Assembly: GCA_040771865.1 (NCBI GenBank)
Contig: JAXGZF010000004.1
Location: 248,001 to 289,915 of the forward strand
DNA from: Desulfobacterales bacterium
GTDB lineage: Bacteria > Desulfobacterota > Desulfobacteria > Desulfobacterales > UBA2245
Length of the DNA: 41,915 nt
Reading direction: 5' to 3'
Shown here: in pieces, positions 1-11,183 of the stretch
Layout of the letters: each line of letters starts with the position of its first letter
How positions within the stretch are numbered: the stretch's first letter is position 1
Position numbers and translations under genes: made by a program
The notes under the pieces: model-generated
The model's input: only the letters and a program-made list of their open reading frames with translations
Databases searched by the model: none
What the model was told of the DNA's origin: nothing

Positions 1-489
1 CTCCTGAGCACCCTGCTGGGGGGCAACATGAGTTCCCGCCTTTTTCAGGAAATCCGCGAGCGCCGGGGGCTGGCTTATTCGGTGTATTCTTTTGTAAATT
101 CCTTTGAAGATGCAGGAATGCTCGGTGCTTATGCGGCAGTCGGGCCCGGCGACGTTCGAGAAACACTGGAACTGATTCTGGCCGAGACGGAGAAATTCAC
201 TCGAAGGCCGGTTGAATCTGCGGAATTGGCCGATGCAAAGGAATATCTCAAGGCGGGAATGATTCTGGCTTCTGAGAGTTCGGACAACGAGATGGTGCGC
301 ATGGCCCAGAATGAGATTCATTTTCAGCGCCATGTTCCTCAAGAAGAGGTGCTGGAAAATCTTTACGCGGTCACTGCAGATGATCTTCTTGAGCTGGCGC
401 AAGAGATCTTTCGTCCGGACGAAACCGCCCTGACACTGCTGGGTCCTGTGCCGGGGCACTGCGATTTCTCAAGCTTCCTGAATGGATAG
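1..489 (+). CDS. M16 family (pitrilysin/insulinase-like) peptidase, C-terminal part; 5' end outside window
   Basis: Frame is open from base 1 (LLSTLLGGNMSSRLFQEIRERRGLAYSVYS), the conserved M16 C-terminal motif; followed by dut as in the usual pnp-M16-dut order. Confidence 0.9.
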   Translation, partial: LLSTLLGGNMSSRLFQEIRERRGLAYSVYSFVNSFEDAGMLGAYAAVGPGDVRETLELILAETEKFTRRPVESAELADAKEYLKAGMILASESSDNEMVRMAQNEIHFQRHVPQEEVLENLYAVTADDLLELAQEIFRPDETALTLLGPVPGHCDFSSFLNG

Positions 490-507
490 ATCAGAAAGAG
501 CGATGGC

Positions 508-963
508 ATGACTTTGCCGACCATTCGATTCAAGCGTTTGCGGCCTGAACAGGATGCCGATATTCCCTTGCCTATGTATATGACCCCCCAGGCGGCGGGC
601 ATGGATATTTATGTGGCGCTTGAGACCGAGAAGACGCTTGAACCCGGTACCATATTTCTGGCGTCTACTGGATTTGCCATGGCAATTCCTTCGGGCTATG
701 AGGCGCAGATCCGTCCTAGAAGCGGGCTGGCCGTCCGGCACGGCATCGGCTTGATTAATGCGCCGGGAACGATCGATGCGGATTATCGCGGCGAGGTGAT
801 GGTGGCGCTGATCAATCTGGGTAATGCGCCGTACACGATCCGCAGAGGGGATCGGATCGCCCAGATGGTCATCCAGCGGGTTTTTCAGGCGCGTCTCGAG
901 GTCGTTGAGGATCTCGATGAAACTCTTCGAAACGCCGGCGGGTTCGGGCATACAGGGGTGTGA
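508..963 (+). CDS. dut: dUTP diphosphatase
   Basis: Motifs [37 protein letters not shown]. Confidence 0.97.
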   Translation: MTLPTIRFKRLRPEQDADIPLPMYMTPQAAGMDIYVALETEKTLEPGTIFLASTGFAMAIPSGYEAQIRPRSGLAVRHGIGLINAPGTIDADYRGEVMVALINLGNAPYTIRRGDRIAQMVIQRVFQARLEVVEDLDETLRNAGGFGHTGV

Positions 964-1016
964 TGGCGTGTGTCGTTCCAAATTATGATTCCGATTTACA
1001 GCCGTCCCGGATCTAC

Positions 1017-1784
1017 ATGCGATTTTGCGTTCTGGCCGGCGGCAGCAAGGGCAATGCCGTCTATATTTCTGACGGCACAACGGCCATCCTGATGGATGCC
1101 GGCCTTTCTGGTGTTGAAATTCAGCGTCGACTTCAGTCCCTGGGGCTTCATCCCCAGGATCTAGACGCCATCGTGGTATCCCACGAGCATGCAGATCATA
1201 TCCACGGGGTGGGGGTCCTGTCCCGCCGGTGGAACCTTCCCGTATACCTGAACGAAAAAACCCGTCTGGCCGGTGAACCTCAGATGGGCTGTCTGCATGA
1301 GATCAGAGAATTCGAGTGCGGCCTGGATTTTGCCGTCAATACTCTAAGAATCCATCCCTTCAGCCTTTCCCACGATGCCGAGGATCCTGCCGGATTCACC
1401 GTACACCGGGATCATTTGAAACTCGGCATTGCAACGGACCTGGGCATTGCCACGTCCATGGTCAAGATGCATCTCAGGGCCTGCGACGCCATGATTCTGG
1501 AAGCCAATCATGATCCGCGCATGCTGGAGACCGGACCTTATCCCTGGCACCTGAAACAGCGGATCAGCGGTCGCTGTGGGCATCTTTCCAACGAGGACTC
1601 GCGCGATCTTCTGGCAGAGGTTCGTGGACCCAACCTTTGCCATGTAATATTGTCCCATCTCAGCGAACAGAATAACCGCCCCGAAACCGCCGTCCGGGCC
1701 GTGAGCGAGGCCCTTTCCAACGGAAAAGCGTCTCTGAGCGTGGCCCATCAGCAGTTTTCCACCCCAATTTTGACCATCGAGTGA
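1017..1784 (+). CDS. MBL-fold metallo-hydrolase (YycJ/WalJ-like)
   Basis: MRFCVLAGGSKGN start, DAG, SHEHADH (HxHxDH), HDA, EANHD, GHLSN, HLSEQNN; ATG 1017 chosen over 960. Confidence 0.88.
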   Translation: MRFCVLAGGSKGNAVYISDGTTAILMDAGLSGVEIQRRLQSLGLHPQDLDAIVVSHEHADHIHGVGVLSRRWNLPVYLNEKTRLAGEPQMGCLHEIREFECGLDFAVNTLRIHPFSLSHDAEDPAGFTVHRDHLKLGIATDLGIATSMVKMHLRACDAMILEANHDPRMLETGPYPWHLKQRISGRCGHLSNEDSRDLLAEVRGPNLCHVILSHLSEQNNRPETAVRAVSEALSNGKASLSVAHQQFSTPILTIE

Positions 1785-1966
1785 ATCATTCCGAAAAACC
1801 GGCGTTGGAAAATATTTAATCGGTCCGGGTCACGGTTTTGTTGTAATGAATTGTAATAACTTGAATTTGGGCGAAATTCGGTATCCCCTGTATTGAAACG
1901 CAAAATATTGTGGCTTGTTTCCGTCTAATTTGCATACAGGGTATCGATGCTTGGACAGTGTGTTAT

Positions 1967-2140
1967 TTATTGGTGGTTGAAGCACGCCTCGCAGATCAGG
2001 TTGCCCTGATCGTCCCATCTTTCCACCATGATATGGGGGTGCAGCAGGGGAAGGTCCTGGCCGCATTTATGGCAGGTGATTCGAAGATCAAAGTTCTCGA
2101 TTCTGATGTGTTCTGTTTGTGGTGAACCTTTCTGGGTCAT
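1967..2140 (-). CDS. 57-aa putative zinc-finger protein (2x CxxC), not in ORF track
   Basis: Hand translation MTQKGSPQTEHIRIENFDLRITCHKCGQDLPLLHPHIMVERWDDQGNLICEACFNHQ*; GAGG Shine-Dalgarno 5 nt before ATG; AT-rich upstream region with TTGACA on minus strand. Confidence 0.65.
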   Translation of the reverse strand: MTQKGSPQTEHIRIENFDLRITCHKCGQDLPLLHPHIMVERWDDQGNLICEACFNHQ

Positions 2141-2360
2141 GTGTGCCTCATGAATAACGTAAAGAAGTTATAGTATACTTTAGCAAATAATTTATATTCA
2201 TTATCTTGTCAAAGAAATTCTATCTTGCGTTTGAGACGAAAGCATCTGTCTTTTACCCGATCCGCATTCAAGGCAAAAAATGACAGGCATCAATGAATTT
2301 TATCGATCCCGGAGCGTCGCGTTTCTATGGGGTTTGCTGTCTTGCCGTCCGATTTCTTTG

Positions 2361-2388
2361 ATGACAATATTCAAATTTTATGTATAAT
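2361..2388 (+). promoter_or_regulatory. Putative sigma70 promoter of radical SAM gene
   Basis: ATGACA-16 nt-TATAAT about 40 nt upstream of ATG 2430. Confidence 0.45.
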
Positions 2389-2429
2389 CGGAATCCCGAA
2401 AAACGAACAGGTCGTCAGTGTGGCGGAAG

Positions 2430-3365
2430 ATGACGTATCAACCCTTTTACATTGAATCATTTAATAATGGGCTGCTGAGCAAAAAGGCCGTACAGGCGCG
2501 TGAGATGCTTAAAAGCTGCACGCTCTGTCCCCGGCAGTGCCGGGTCGACAGAACGGCCGGGCAGCTCGGTTTGTGCCGTACCGGTGAAAAGGCCCATCTG
2601 GCTTTTTACAAGAGCCATTACGGAGAAGAAACGCCGCTGGTGGGGAAAAACGGTTCCGGCGCATTTTTTTTCACATACTGCAACCTGCTTTGCATTTTCT
2701 GCCAGAATTACGAATTAAGTCACGAGGGATGCGGCCGGGAAGTTTCTGATTCGGAACTGGCAGACATCATGATGATTCTTCAGGAGGGCGGATGCCCGAA
2801 CATCCATTTCATCACCCCGACCCATGTGCTTTCACCGATTCTGTCCGCACTGGAGATCGCCGTCCAAAGAGGGCTTTGCATTCCGCTGGTCTACAATTCC
2901 AGCGGCTATGAAAGCCTCGAGATTCTCAGGCTGCTCGATGGGCTGATCGATATCTACATGCCGGATTTCAAATTCTGGGATTCAGAGGTGGCCGGGCGTC
3001 TCTGCAACGCACCGGATTATCCGGAAATCGCCCGTCAGGCGGTTAAAGAAATGCACCGCCAGGTGGGGGATCTGAAGATCGAGGAAGACGGAACCGCCCG
3101 GCGCGGTCTGCTGCTCAGGCATCTGCTGATGCCTGCCGGCATGGCCGGAACGCGGGAGATCATGCGTTTTGTGGCGCAGGAAATATCCCCGGACACCTAT
3201 GTGAACATCATGCCCCAATTCAGGCCTTACGGCAGATCCCGCGAGATCCGGGAGCTGATGCAGCCCATCAGAAAACCCGATTACGTCAAGGCCCTTGAAG
3301 CGGCCCGGGAGGAAGGCATTCTTCGAATCGACCGGCGTCCTGGGCGGGTATTCATGGGGTTCTAA
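2430..3365 (+). CDS. Radical SAM protein, PflX-like (PFL-activase-related)
   Basis: CNLLCIFCQN (CxxxCxxC), N-terminal CTLCPRQCRVDR, HYGEE, DIYMPDFKF, RHLLMP; start could be GTG 2418. Confidence 0.88.
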   Translation: MTYQPFYIESFNNGLLSKKAVQAREMLKSCTLCPRQCRVDRTAGQLGLCRTGEKAHLAFYKSHYGEETPLVGKNGSGAFFFTYCNLLCIFCQNYELSHEGCGREVSDSELADIMMILQEGGCPNIHFITPTHVLSPILSALEIAVQRGLCIPLVYNSSGYESLEILRLLDGLIDIYMPDFKFWDSEVAGRLCNAPDYPEIARQAVKEMHRQVGDLKIEEDGTARRGLLLRHLLMPAGMAGTREIMRFVAQEISPDTYVNIMPQFRPYGRSREIRELMQPIRKPDYVKALEAAREEGILRIDRRPGRVFMGF

Positions 3366-3445
3366 TTTTTCAGGGCAGTTCCATTCCGTTTCCGTAAATT
3401 TACCGGACATTCAGAAAGAAACAGAGTTTATCGCTTTGCCGGCGG

Positions 3446-4186
3446 TCAATCCAGCCAGGCGGGAACATGTGCCCATGCCTGGCGAAGCGCTTTGTTCTTG
3501 ACGGCAAAATCCGGATCATGCCGTTGGACAAGCGCCCAGAACCGGGAAGAGTGGTTGAGGTGGACGAGATGGCACAGCTCGTGAAGCAGCACATGGCGAA
3601 CCAGCGGCTCGGGGATGAACAGGAGTCTGAGATTCAGGCTGATCGTTTTCCGCCATGAACAGCTGCCCCAGCGGGTCCGCTGGGATCTGACCGTGACGTT
3701 TTGAAAAGTTGTTCCCGTTTCCTCAGAAAGCTTATTGAGCCATGGAACCAAATGCATATAAGCTTTTCGTATGAGCCAGCGGCGAAGAACCTCTTTACAA
3801 AGCGCTTCATGATCGGTATTTCCGCAGAGCTTCAGGCAGTGCATGTCGTGTTCGAATGCAACCACCCGGTCAGATCCGGTCTTCTGGTAGCCGACTCGCC
3901 AATGCTCGTTAATTCCTGCCAGGTCGATTGTTTCTGGAAGTCTTTCCGTTTTTTCGGATTCAAAAAGCCGGTGCAGGGCTTCAAGTTTTCTTGCGGTCTT
4001 TTCGATCCACGGCCGCTTTTCTTCAATCAATCGCGCAATGTTTTCTCTGGCAAAACCCCGTGGTACGATCACCACGAGCCCCTCGCGCAGGGAAAGCCTA
4101 AGCCGCGCATATCTGGCTCGAGCGCTTTCTTTAACCGTATGCCTGAATAAGGTGGATTGCGGACTCAAAATTCCTCTGCTCAGCAA
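3446..4186 (-). CDS. YgjP/DUF45 (M48/SprT-like) metal-dependent hydrolase
   Basis: QRTRWGSCS, LNLRL, HELCHLVHLNHSSRFW (HExxH). Confidence 0.9.
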   Translation of the reverse strand: MLSRGILSPQSTLFRHTVKESARARYARLRLSLREGLVVIVPRGFARENIARLIEEKRPWIEKTARKLEALHRLFESEKTERLPETIDLAGINEHWRVGYQKTGSDRVVAFEHDMHCLKLCGNTDHEALCKEVLRRWLIRKAYMHLVPWLNKLSEETGTTFQNVTVRSQRTRWGSCSWRKTISLNLRLLFIPEPLVRHVLLHELCHLVHLNHSSRFWALVQRHDPDFAVKNKALRQAWAHVPAWLD

Positions 4187-4438
4187 TTAATTCAAAACCT
4201 CAAAATTTCGAAAGATTTTCTGTATACGGCAAAAACGGATGGGGTGCAAGTACCCGCAACGGCTTGCGGATTGTATTGAGAAGGGCTGAACCGGTTGGAA
4301 CCGGCGCAGTTTGAGAGGCCGGGCCAAACAATCCGGCGGCCTTGATAAATCAAATTCGGACAATGAATATGATTTGACAATTCGGGATTGAAATGTCTAT
4401 AGCGAACCGACGAAGCTCAGGATTCAAGGGGCAATGAC

Positions 4439-4624
4439 ATGAAATATTTTTTGTGTGTCATAGGTATGGTGATGATCGTTGAGGGTTTGCCGTATTTTGC
4501 GTTTCCGGAAAAGATGAAGGATCTGGTAGAAAGGCTGCTTGAGATGCCGACCGGATTTTTGCGCAAGTTCGGTTTTGTGCTGATGGCAACCGGGTTGCTC
4601 CTGGTCTACATGGGGCGGCGTTGA
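4439..4624 (+). CDS. DUF2065 family small membrane protein
   Basis: MKYFLCVIGMVMIVEGLPYFAFPEKMK...LRKFG pattern; TGATG overlap with queA. Confidence 0.85.
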   Translation: MKYFLCVIGMVMIVEGLPYFAFPEKMKDLVERLLEMPTGFLRKFGFVLMATGLLLVYMGRR

Positions 4625-5682
4625 TGTTTTCTCTGGGCGATTACGACTATTGCCTGCCCGAGGACCTGATTGCTCAAACCCCCGCTTCAAAGCGGGAGGC
4701 CTCGAGGCTTCTGACCTTGGACCGTCAAACGGGCGATGTTTTGCATCGACGCTTCGAAGATCTGGTCGATATGTTCGATGGCTCGGAGGTGCTGGTGGTG
4801 AACGACACCCGGGTGGTTCCAGCCCGGTTGATCGGACGCAAAAAGACCGGCGGCCGGGTGGAGATTCTGGTTCTGGATTACCATGAAGGATTGAGTCGGA
4901 TTGCTCAGAAGGGCGAATCTGTTTTTAAATGTCTCGTCAAATCCTCGAAGCGTCCCCGCATCGGCAGCATTTTGGAGTTTGATCAGAGGCTTTGCGGAGA
5001 AATTCTGGATAATGTAGATGGCATCTGCAGGGTCCGTTTTTCGGCGGGTGCTGATTTCGAGGAATGGGTGGACAAGGTGGGGCGGGTGCCTCTTCCTCCC
5101 TATATTCGACGAGGGGAAGAGCCTTGCTGGGATGATCGCACTTCCTATCAGACCGTTTACGCCCGCTGCAAGGGCGCTGTGGCTGCTCCGACCGCGGGGT
5201 TACATTTTTCGGAATCCCTGCTTGAGAAATTGAAATCCAAGGGTGTTAAAATAGTTGCAATTACGCTGCATGTGGGATATGGTACCTTCTTTCCCGTCAG
5301 GGTTTCAGATATTCGTGAGCATTTAATTCATTCCGAATGGTACAGTGTTTCGGAATCAGCGGCTCGGTGCATCAACCGGGCCAGGGCTGATGGGGCCCGG
5401 ATCGTAGCGGCGGGGACTACTTCGGTACGGACTCTGGAATACGCCGCCGATGGCCGGGGGCAGTTGGTCGGCGGAAGCGGTTACTGCGATCTCTTCATAT
5501 ATCCGGGATATCGCTTCAAGGTGGTGGATGCCATGATCACCAACTTCCACCTGCCGAAGTCCACGCTGCTGATGCTGGTTTCGGCTTTTGCGGGTCGCTG
5601 CCGGGTACTTGAAGCCTATCAGGAGGCGATAAGAAAGCAGTACCGTTTTTACAGCTATGGAGATGCCATGTATATCTTTTAG
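4624..5682 (+). CDS. queA: S-adenosylmethionine:tRNA ribosyltransferase-isomerase
   Basis: LIAQTP, VNDTRVVPAR, PLPPYI, YQTVYA, GAVAAPTAGLHF, TNFHLPKST, YRFYSYGDAM. Confidence 0.97.
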   Translation: MFSLGDYDYCLPEDLIAQTPASKREASRLLTLDRQTGDVLHRRFEDLVDMFDGSEVLVVNDTRVVPARLIGRKKTGGRVEILVLDYHEGLSRIAQKGESVFKCLVKSSKRPRIGSILEFDQRLCGEILDNVDGICRVRFSAGADFEEWVDKVGRVPLPPYIRRGEEPCWDDRTSYQTVYARCKGAVAAPTAGLHFSESLLEKLKSKGVKIVAITLHVGYGTFFPVRVSDIREHLIHSEWYSVSESAARCINRARADGARIVAAGTTSVRTLEYAADGRGQLVGGSGYCDLFIYPGYRFKVVDAMITNFHLPKSTLLMLVSAFAGRCRVLEAYQEAIRKQYRFYSYGDAMYIF

Positions 5683-5757
5683 TCTCCACGGCGCCATGAT
5701 TTAAAATTGGACGGGCGGGATTTACCGCAGGCACTCATTCAGTGGAACGGGTCTTAG

Positions 5758-6912
<1,155 letters not shown>

Positions 6913-6931
6913 AACAAAGAAAGGAAGTTGA

Positions 6932-7177
6932 ATGACCGGACAAGCGGGGGTAGAGAAAAGGGTCAAGGCGGTTATCGACAGGATCCGCCCTTCGCTTCAG
7001 GCTGATGGCGGCGATGTGGAGTTCGTCGGCATGGATGCGGGCGTGGTGAAGGTTCGGCTGAAAGGGGCCTGTTCAGGGTGTCCGCACTCCCGAATGACGC
7101 TGAAATTTGGAATCGAACGGATGCTGAAAAAAGAAGTTTCCGAAGTGCAATCCGTTGAGTCGGTGGAAAGGGAATAG
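6932..7177 (+). CDS. NifU/Nfu C-terminal domain Fe-S carrier protein
   Basis: IRPSLQADGGDVE, LKGACSGCP (CxxC). Confidence 0.92.
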   Translation: MTGQAGVEKRVKAVIDRIRPSLQADGGDVEFVGMDAGVVKVRLKGACSGCPHSRMTLKFGIERMLKKEVSEVQSVESVERE

Positions 7178-7269
7178 CAGGAGTTGCAATTTGAATAAAA
7201 TTTTGGCATAAAAATCTGAATTTATGCTGAAGGCGATGAGCTGAGTTTTTGGGTGACGGAGGTTGCTGA

Positions 7270-8454
7270 ATGACGGTGGCAAGAAGGATTCAGGTTATGC
7301 TGACCAGGTCTTCCTGGATCCGGAAGATGTTCGAGGAGGGCGCCCGGCTTAAGGCTCTATACGGCGCAGACAAGGTGTTTGATTTCAGTCTGGGAAATCC
7401 GAATCTCAGCCCTCCGGAAATATTTTTCAAGGCGCTTCGCGATGCCGTGAGTCATTCCGGCGGCATGGATCACGGGTATATGCCCAATGCCGGCTATCCT
7501 CATGTCCGTCGGGCGGTGGCCGATTATCTGAGCCGGGAACAGGGTGCGGCGATCACGGAAAACGAGGTGATCATGACCTGCGGCGCCGCCGGCGCGATTA
7601 ACGTCATTTTAAAAACCATTCTGGATGCCGGAGACGAGGTCGTGGTTCCGGCGCCTTATTTTGTCGAATACGGCGCCTATGTGGAAAACCACGGGGGATC
7701 GCTCAAGACGGTCGCCACGCTGCCGGATTTCAACCTGGATCTACAGGCCCTTCGTGATTCGATTACCCCGAAAACCAAGGCCGTTCTCATCAACTCGCCG
7801 AACAACCCCACCGGTCAGGTATATTCCAAAGAGACGATCGAACAGCTGGGACAAATGCTTCAGGACCAGAGCCGCCGGTTGAACCGGACCCTCTACCTGA
7901 TTTCCGACGAGCCCTACCGGAAAATCGTTTATGACGGGAAGCTGGTTCCCAGCATTTTTGCAGCCTATTCCGAGAGCATTGTCGCGACTTCCTATTCCAA
8001 GGATATTTCCATTCCCGGCGAGCGTATCGGGTATCTTGCCGTCAATCCGGGGGCAGCCTTCAAACAGGATCTGATCGGCGGAATGACCCTGGCCAACCGG
8101 ATTCTGGGATTTGTCAATGCGCCGGCCCTGATGCAGCGGGTTATTGGCACACTTCAGGGGCAAAGCGTGGATGTTGCCCTGTACGCCGGAAAGCGGGATC
8201 TCCTGTGCCGGGGGCTGGCCGATTGCGGGTATGAATTTTCAAAACCGGCCGGCGCGTTTTATCTTTTTCCGAAAACGCCCATTTCCGATGACGTCCAATT
8301 TATTCAGGCGCTGCAGGAAGAACGCATTCTGGCTGTTCCGGGAAGCGGATTCGGCGGACCCGGCCACTTTCGAATCGCCTATTGCGTGGAAGATGCCGTG
8401 ATTTCCGGCGCCATACCCGGTTTTAAACGGGTAATGCAAAAATTTAAAAAATAA
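7270..8454 (+). CDS. PLP-dependent class I aminotransferase (aspartate aminotransferase-like)
   Basis: SSWIRKMFEEG, FSLGNP, NSPNNPTG, DEPY, SYSK PLP lysine, GERIG. Confidence 0.92.
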   Translation: MTVARRIQVMLTRSSWIRKMFEEGARLKALYGADKVFDFSLGNPNLSPPEIFFKALRDAVSHSGGMDHGYMPNAGYPHVRRAVADYLSREQGAAITENEVIMTCGAAGAINVILKTILDAGDEVVVPAPYFVEYGAYVENHGGSLKTVATLPDFNLDLQALRDSITPKTKAVLINSPNNPTGQVYSKETIEQLGQMLQDQSRRLNRTLYLISDEPYRKIVYDGKLVPSIFAAYSESIVATSYSKDISIPGERIGYLAVNPGAAFKQDLIGGMTLANRILGFVNAPALMQRVIGTLQGQSVDVALYAGKRDLLCRGLADCGYEFSKPAGAFYLFPKTPISDDVQFIQALQEERILAVPGSGFGGPGHFRIAYCVEDAVISGAIPGFKRVMQKFKK

Positions 8455-8558
8455 TGAATCGAAACGCACTACCGGCCGGCATCGGAAAGAGAGCCGCCAG
8501 AACAGACGAAAATAAAGCGATAGTCACAGAAACCATGGATGAATGAAAGGAGAAGGAC

Positions 8559-8963
8559 ATGAAAATCAGGAAAATCGATCATCTCGGCGTTGCGGTCAAC
8601 AAGATTGAAGGTGTGAAGAATTTCTGGACCGAAGTCATGGGCCTGCACTTTGAAGGGGCTGAAACCGTTGCCGAGCAGAAAGTCACCACGGCATTTTTCC
8701 CGGTCGGTGAAAGCGAAATCGAACTTCTGGAATCCACCGCTCCGGACGGACCGATCGCAAAGTACATTGAAAAGAAGGGCGAGGGCATTCAGCATGTGGC
8801 TTTCCGGGTGGACAACATCGAAGAAGCCCTGGCGGAACTCAAGGCCAAAGGGATCAAGCTGATCGATGAGAAACCCAGAATCGGCGCTGGCGGCGCAAAG
8901 ATCGCCTTCCTCCATCCCAAAGCCACCAGCGGCGTGCTGGTTGAACTGTGCCAGAGAGATTAA
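8559..8963 (+). CDS. mce: Methylmalonyl-CoA epimerase
   Basis: VOC fold with [28 protein letters not shown]; adjacent to mutase; AAGGAG SD. Confidence 0.95.
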   Translation: MKIRKIDHLGVAVNKIEGVKNFWTEVMGLHFEGAETVAEQKVTTAFFPVGESEIELLESTAPDGPIAKYIEKKGEGIQHVAFRVDNIEEALAELKAKGIKLIDEKPRIGAGGAKIAFLHPKATSGVLVELCQRD

Positions 8964-9055
8964 TGGTTTTATAACGGATTCGCGGGTCATCAGGTTGGCC
9001 CATCATGCAAAAACATCAGGAGCAACAAGCAATAGCGAGAAAGGAGCTAAGAAAA

Positions 9056-11182
9056 ATGGCCGAACATCCTCAGAAACAGCAATGGATTGCAGCTGCAACA
9101 AAGGGTCTCAAAGGAAAATCTCCGGACGTTCTGGACTGGATGACCCCTGAGGGCATCAAGGTAAAGTGTCTGTATACGGCTGAAGACGTCGCTGGACTTC
9201 CCAGCGTCAACACGCTACCGGGGTTTGCCCCCTACGTTCGCGGTCCCCAGCCCACGATGTATGCCCAGCGTCCCTGGACGATCCGCCAGTACGCCGGTTT
9301 CTCCACCGCAAAAGATTCCAATGCGTTTTACAGGAGAAACATCGCCGCCGGACAGCAGGGCCTTTCGGTAGCGTTCGACCTGGCTACCCACCGCGGATAT
9401 GATTCGGATCATCCCCGGGTTTCCGGCGATGTCGGCAAGGCGGGCGTGGCCATTGATTCGGTTGAGGACATGAAGATCCTTTTCGACCAGATTCCCCTGG
9501 ACAAGGTCAGCGTTTCCATGACCATGAACGGCGCGGTTCTGCCGATCATGGCCGGCTACATCATCGCGGCCGAGGAACAGGGCGTGAAGCAGGAACAGCT
9601 GACCGGCACCATTCAGAACGACATTCTCAAGGAGTACCTCACCCGGAACACCTACATTTATCCGCCGGATCCCTCCATGCGGATCGTGGCCGACATCATC
9701 GAGTACTGCTCCAAGAATATGCCGAAATTCAATACGGTGAGCATCAGCGGTTACCACATCATGGAAGCCGGCGCCAACTGCGTGCTGCAGACCGCCTTCA
9801 CTCTGGCCGACGGTGTGGAATATGTCCGGGCCGCTCTGAAAGCCGGCATGGACATCGATGTGTTTGCACCGCGTCTGTCCTTCTTCTTTGGCGTGGGCAT
9901 GAACTTCTTCATGGAAATCGCCATGCTTCGGGCTGCCCGGTTTCTGTGGCATGAACTGATCAGCCAGTTCAAACCGAAGAACGACAAGTCCTTGATGCTG
10001 CGCACCCACGTGCAGACCTCCGGCTGGAGTCTGACCGAGCAGGATCCGTACAACAACGTGATTCGGACCACCCTCGAGGCCCTGTCCGCGGTTCTGGGCG
10101 GAACCCAGTCCCTGCACACCAACTCCCTGGATGAGGCCATCAGTCTGCCGTCGGATTTCTCGGCGCGCATCGCGAGAAACACCCAGATCATCATTCAGGA
10201 AGAATCCCAGGTCTGCCGCGTGGCCGATCCGCTGGGAGGCTCCTACTATGTGGAATTCCTGACGGCTCAGATCATCGAAGAAGCCCGCAAGATCATCAAA
10301 GAGATCGAAGGGCTGGGCGGCATGGCCAAGGCCATTCCCACCGGCATGCCCAAGATGAGAATCGAGGAAGCCGCAGCCCGCAAGCAGGCCAGAATCGATC
10401 AGGGCCTGGATGTCATCGTGGGCGTGAACAAGTACCGCATTCAGGAACCGCCTCCCGAGAATCTGCTGGAAGTTTCCGATGCGGTTCGCGACGAGCAGAT
10501 CGCTTCCATCAAGAATCTCAAGGCCAAACGCGACAACGCCAAGGTCAAGCAGCTTCTCGGTGCCGTTACCAAAGCCGCTGAATCCGGAGGAAACCTGCTG
10601 GCGGCTACTATTGACGCCATCCGCGCCCGCGCGACCATCGGCGAGGTTTCCGATGCCATGGAGAAAGTCTTCGGCCGTTACGTGGCCACCACCCAGTGCA
10701 TTTCCGGCGCCTATGCCGCTGAATATGCCGGCAATGAGATTTTCGAGGCCCTGAGAAAACGCACCGCGGACTTTGCAAAGCGCGAAGGCCGTCGTCCGAG
10801 AATCCTGATGACCAAGATGGGGCAGGACGGCCATGACCGCGGTGTGAAAGTCGTTGCAACGGCGTTTGCCGATCTGGGATTTGACGTCGATATCAGCCCG
10901 ATGTTCCAGACGCCCGAAGAAGCCGCTCAGATGGCTGTCGAAAACGACGTTCACGTCGTCGGCGCATCCAGTCTGGCAGCGGGCCACAAGACCCTGGTTC
11001 CGGCCCTGATTCAGAACCTCAAGAAGCTGGGCTCTCCTGAAATCAAGGTGGTTTGCGGTGGCGTTATTCCGCCCAAAGACTATCAGTTCCTGTATGATTC
11101 AGGATGCGCCGGAGTGTTCGGCCCTGGCACCATTATTACGGATGCAGCAAACAAGGTTTTGAACGCATTGGAGAAAAAGTAA
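9056..11182 (+). CDS. scpA: Methylmalonyl-CoA mutase (single-chain, B12-dependent)
   Basis: [43 protein letters not shown] cobalamin-binding motif; AAGGAG SD before ATG 9056. Confidence 0.97.
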   Translation: MAEHPQKQQWIAAATKGLKGKSPDVLDWMTPEGIKVKCLYTAEDVAGLPSVNTLPGFAPYVRGPQPTMYAQRPWTIRQYAGFSTAKDSNAFYRRNIAAGQQGLSVAFDLATHRGYDSDHPRVSGDVGKAGVAIDSVEDMKILFDQIPLDKVSVSMTMNGAVLPIMAGYIIAAEEQGVKQEQLTGTIQNDILKEYLTRNTYIYPPDPSMRIVADIIEYCSKNMPKFNTVSISGYHIMEAGANCVLQTAFTLADGVEYVRAALKAGMDIDVFAPRLSFFFGVGMNFFMEIAMLRAARFLWHELISQFKPKNDKSLMLRTHVQTSGWSLTEQDPYNNVIRTTLEALSAVLGGTQSLHTNSLDEAISLPSDFSARIARNTQIIIQEESQVCRVADPLGGSYYVEFLTAQIIEEARKIIKEIEGLGGMAKAIPTGMPKMRIEEAAARKQARIDQGLDVIVGVNKYRIQEPPPENLLEVSDAVRDEQIASIKNLKAKRDNAKVKQLLGAVTKAAESGGNLLAATIDAIRARATIGEVSDAMEKVFGRYVATTQCISGAYAAEYAGNEIFEALRKRTADFAKREGRRPRILMTKMGQDGHDRGVKVVATAFADLGFDVDISPMFQTPEEAAQMAVENDVHVVGASSLAAGHKTLVPALIQNLKKLGSPEIKVVCGGVIPPKDYQFLYDSGCAGVFGPGTIITDAANKVLNALEKK

Positions 11183-11183
11183 A

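Noticed and set aside
1830..2125. ORF-track calls 1830-2066 (-) and 1910-2125 (+)
   Set aside because: Overlap the better-supported 2140-1967 CxxC ORF; lack an SD and motifs
8455..9055. Cobalamin riboswitch ahead of mce/mutase
   Set aside because: Spacers are only about 100 nt and lack the GGGAA...GCCACTG/B12-box pattern
9215..10987. 590-aa antisense ORF within the mutase
   Set aside because: Same codon-bias shadow effect; fully overlaps a well-supported gene
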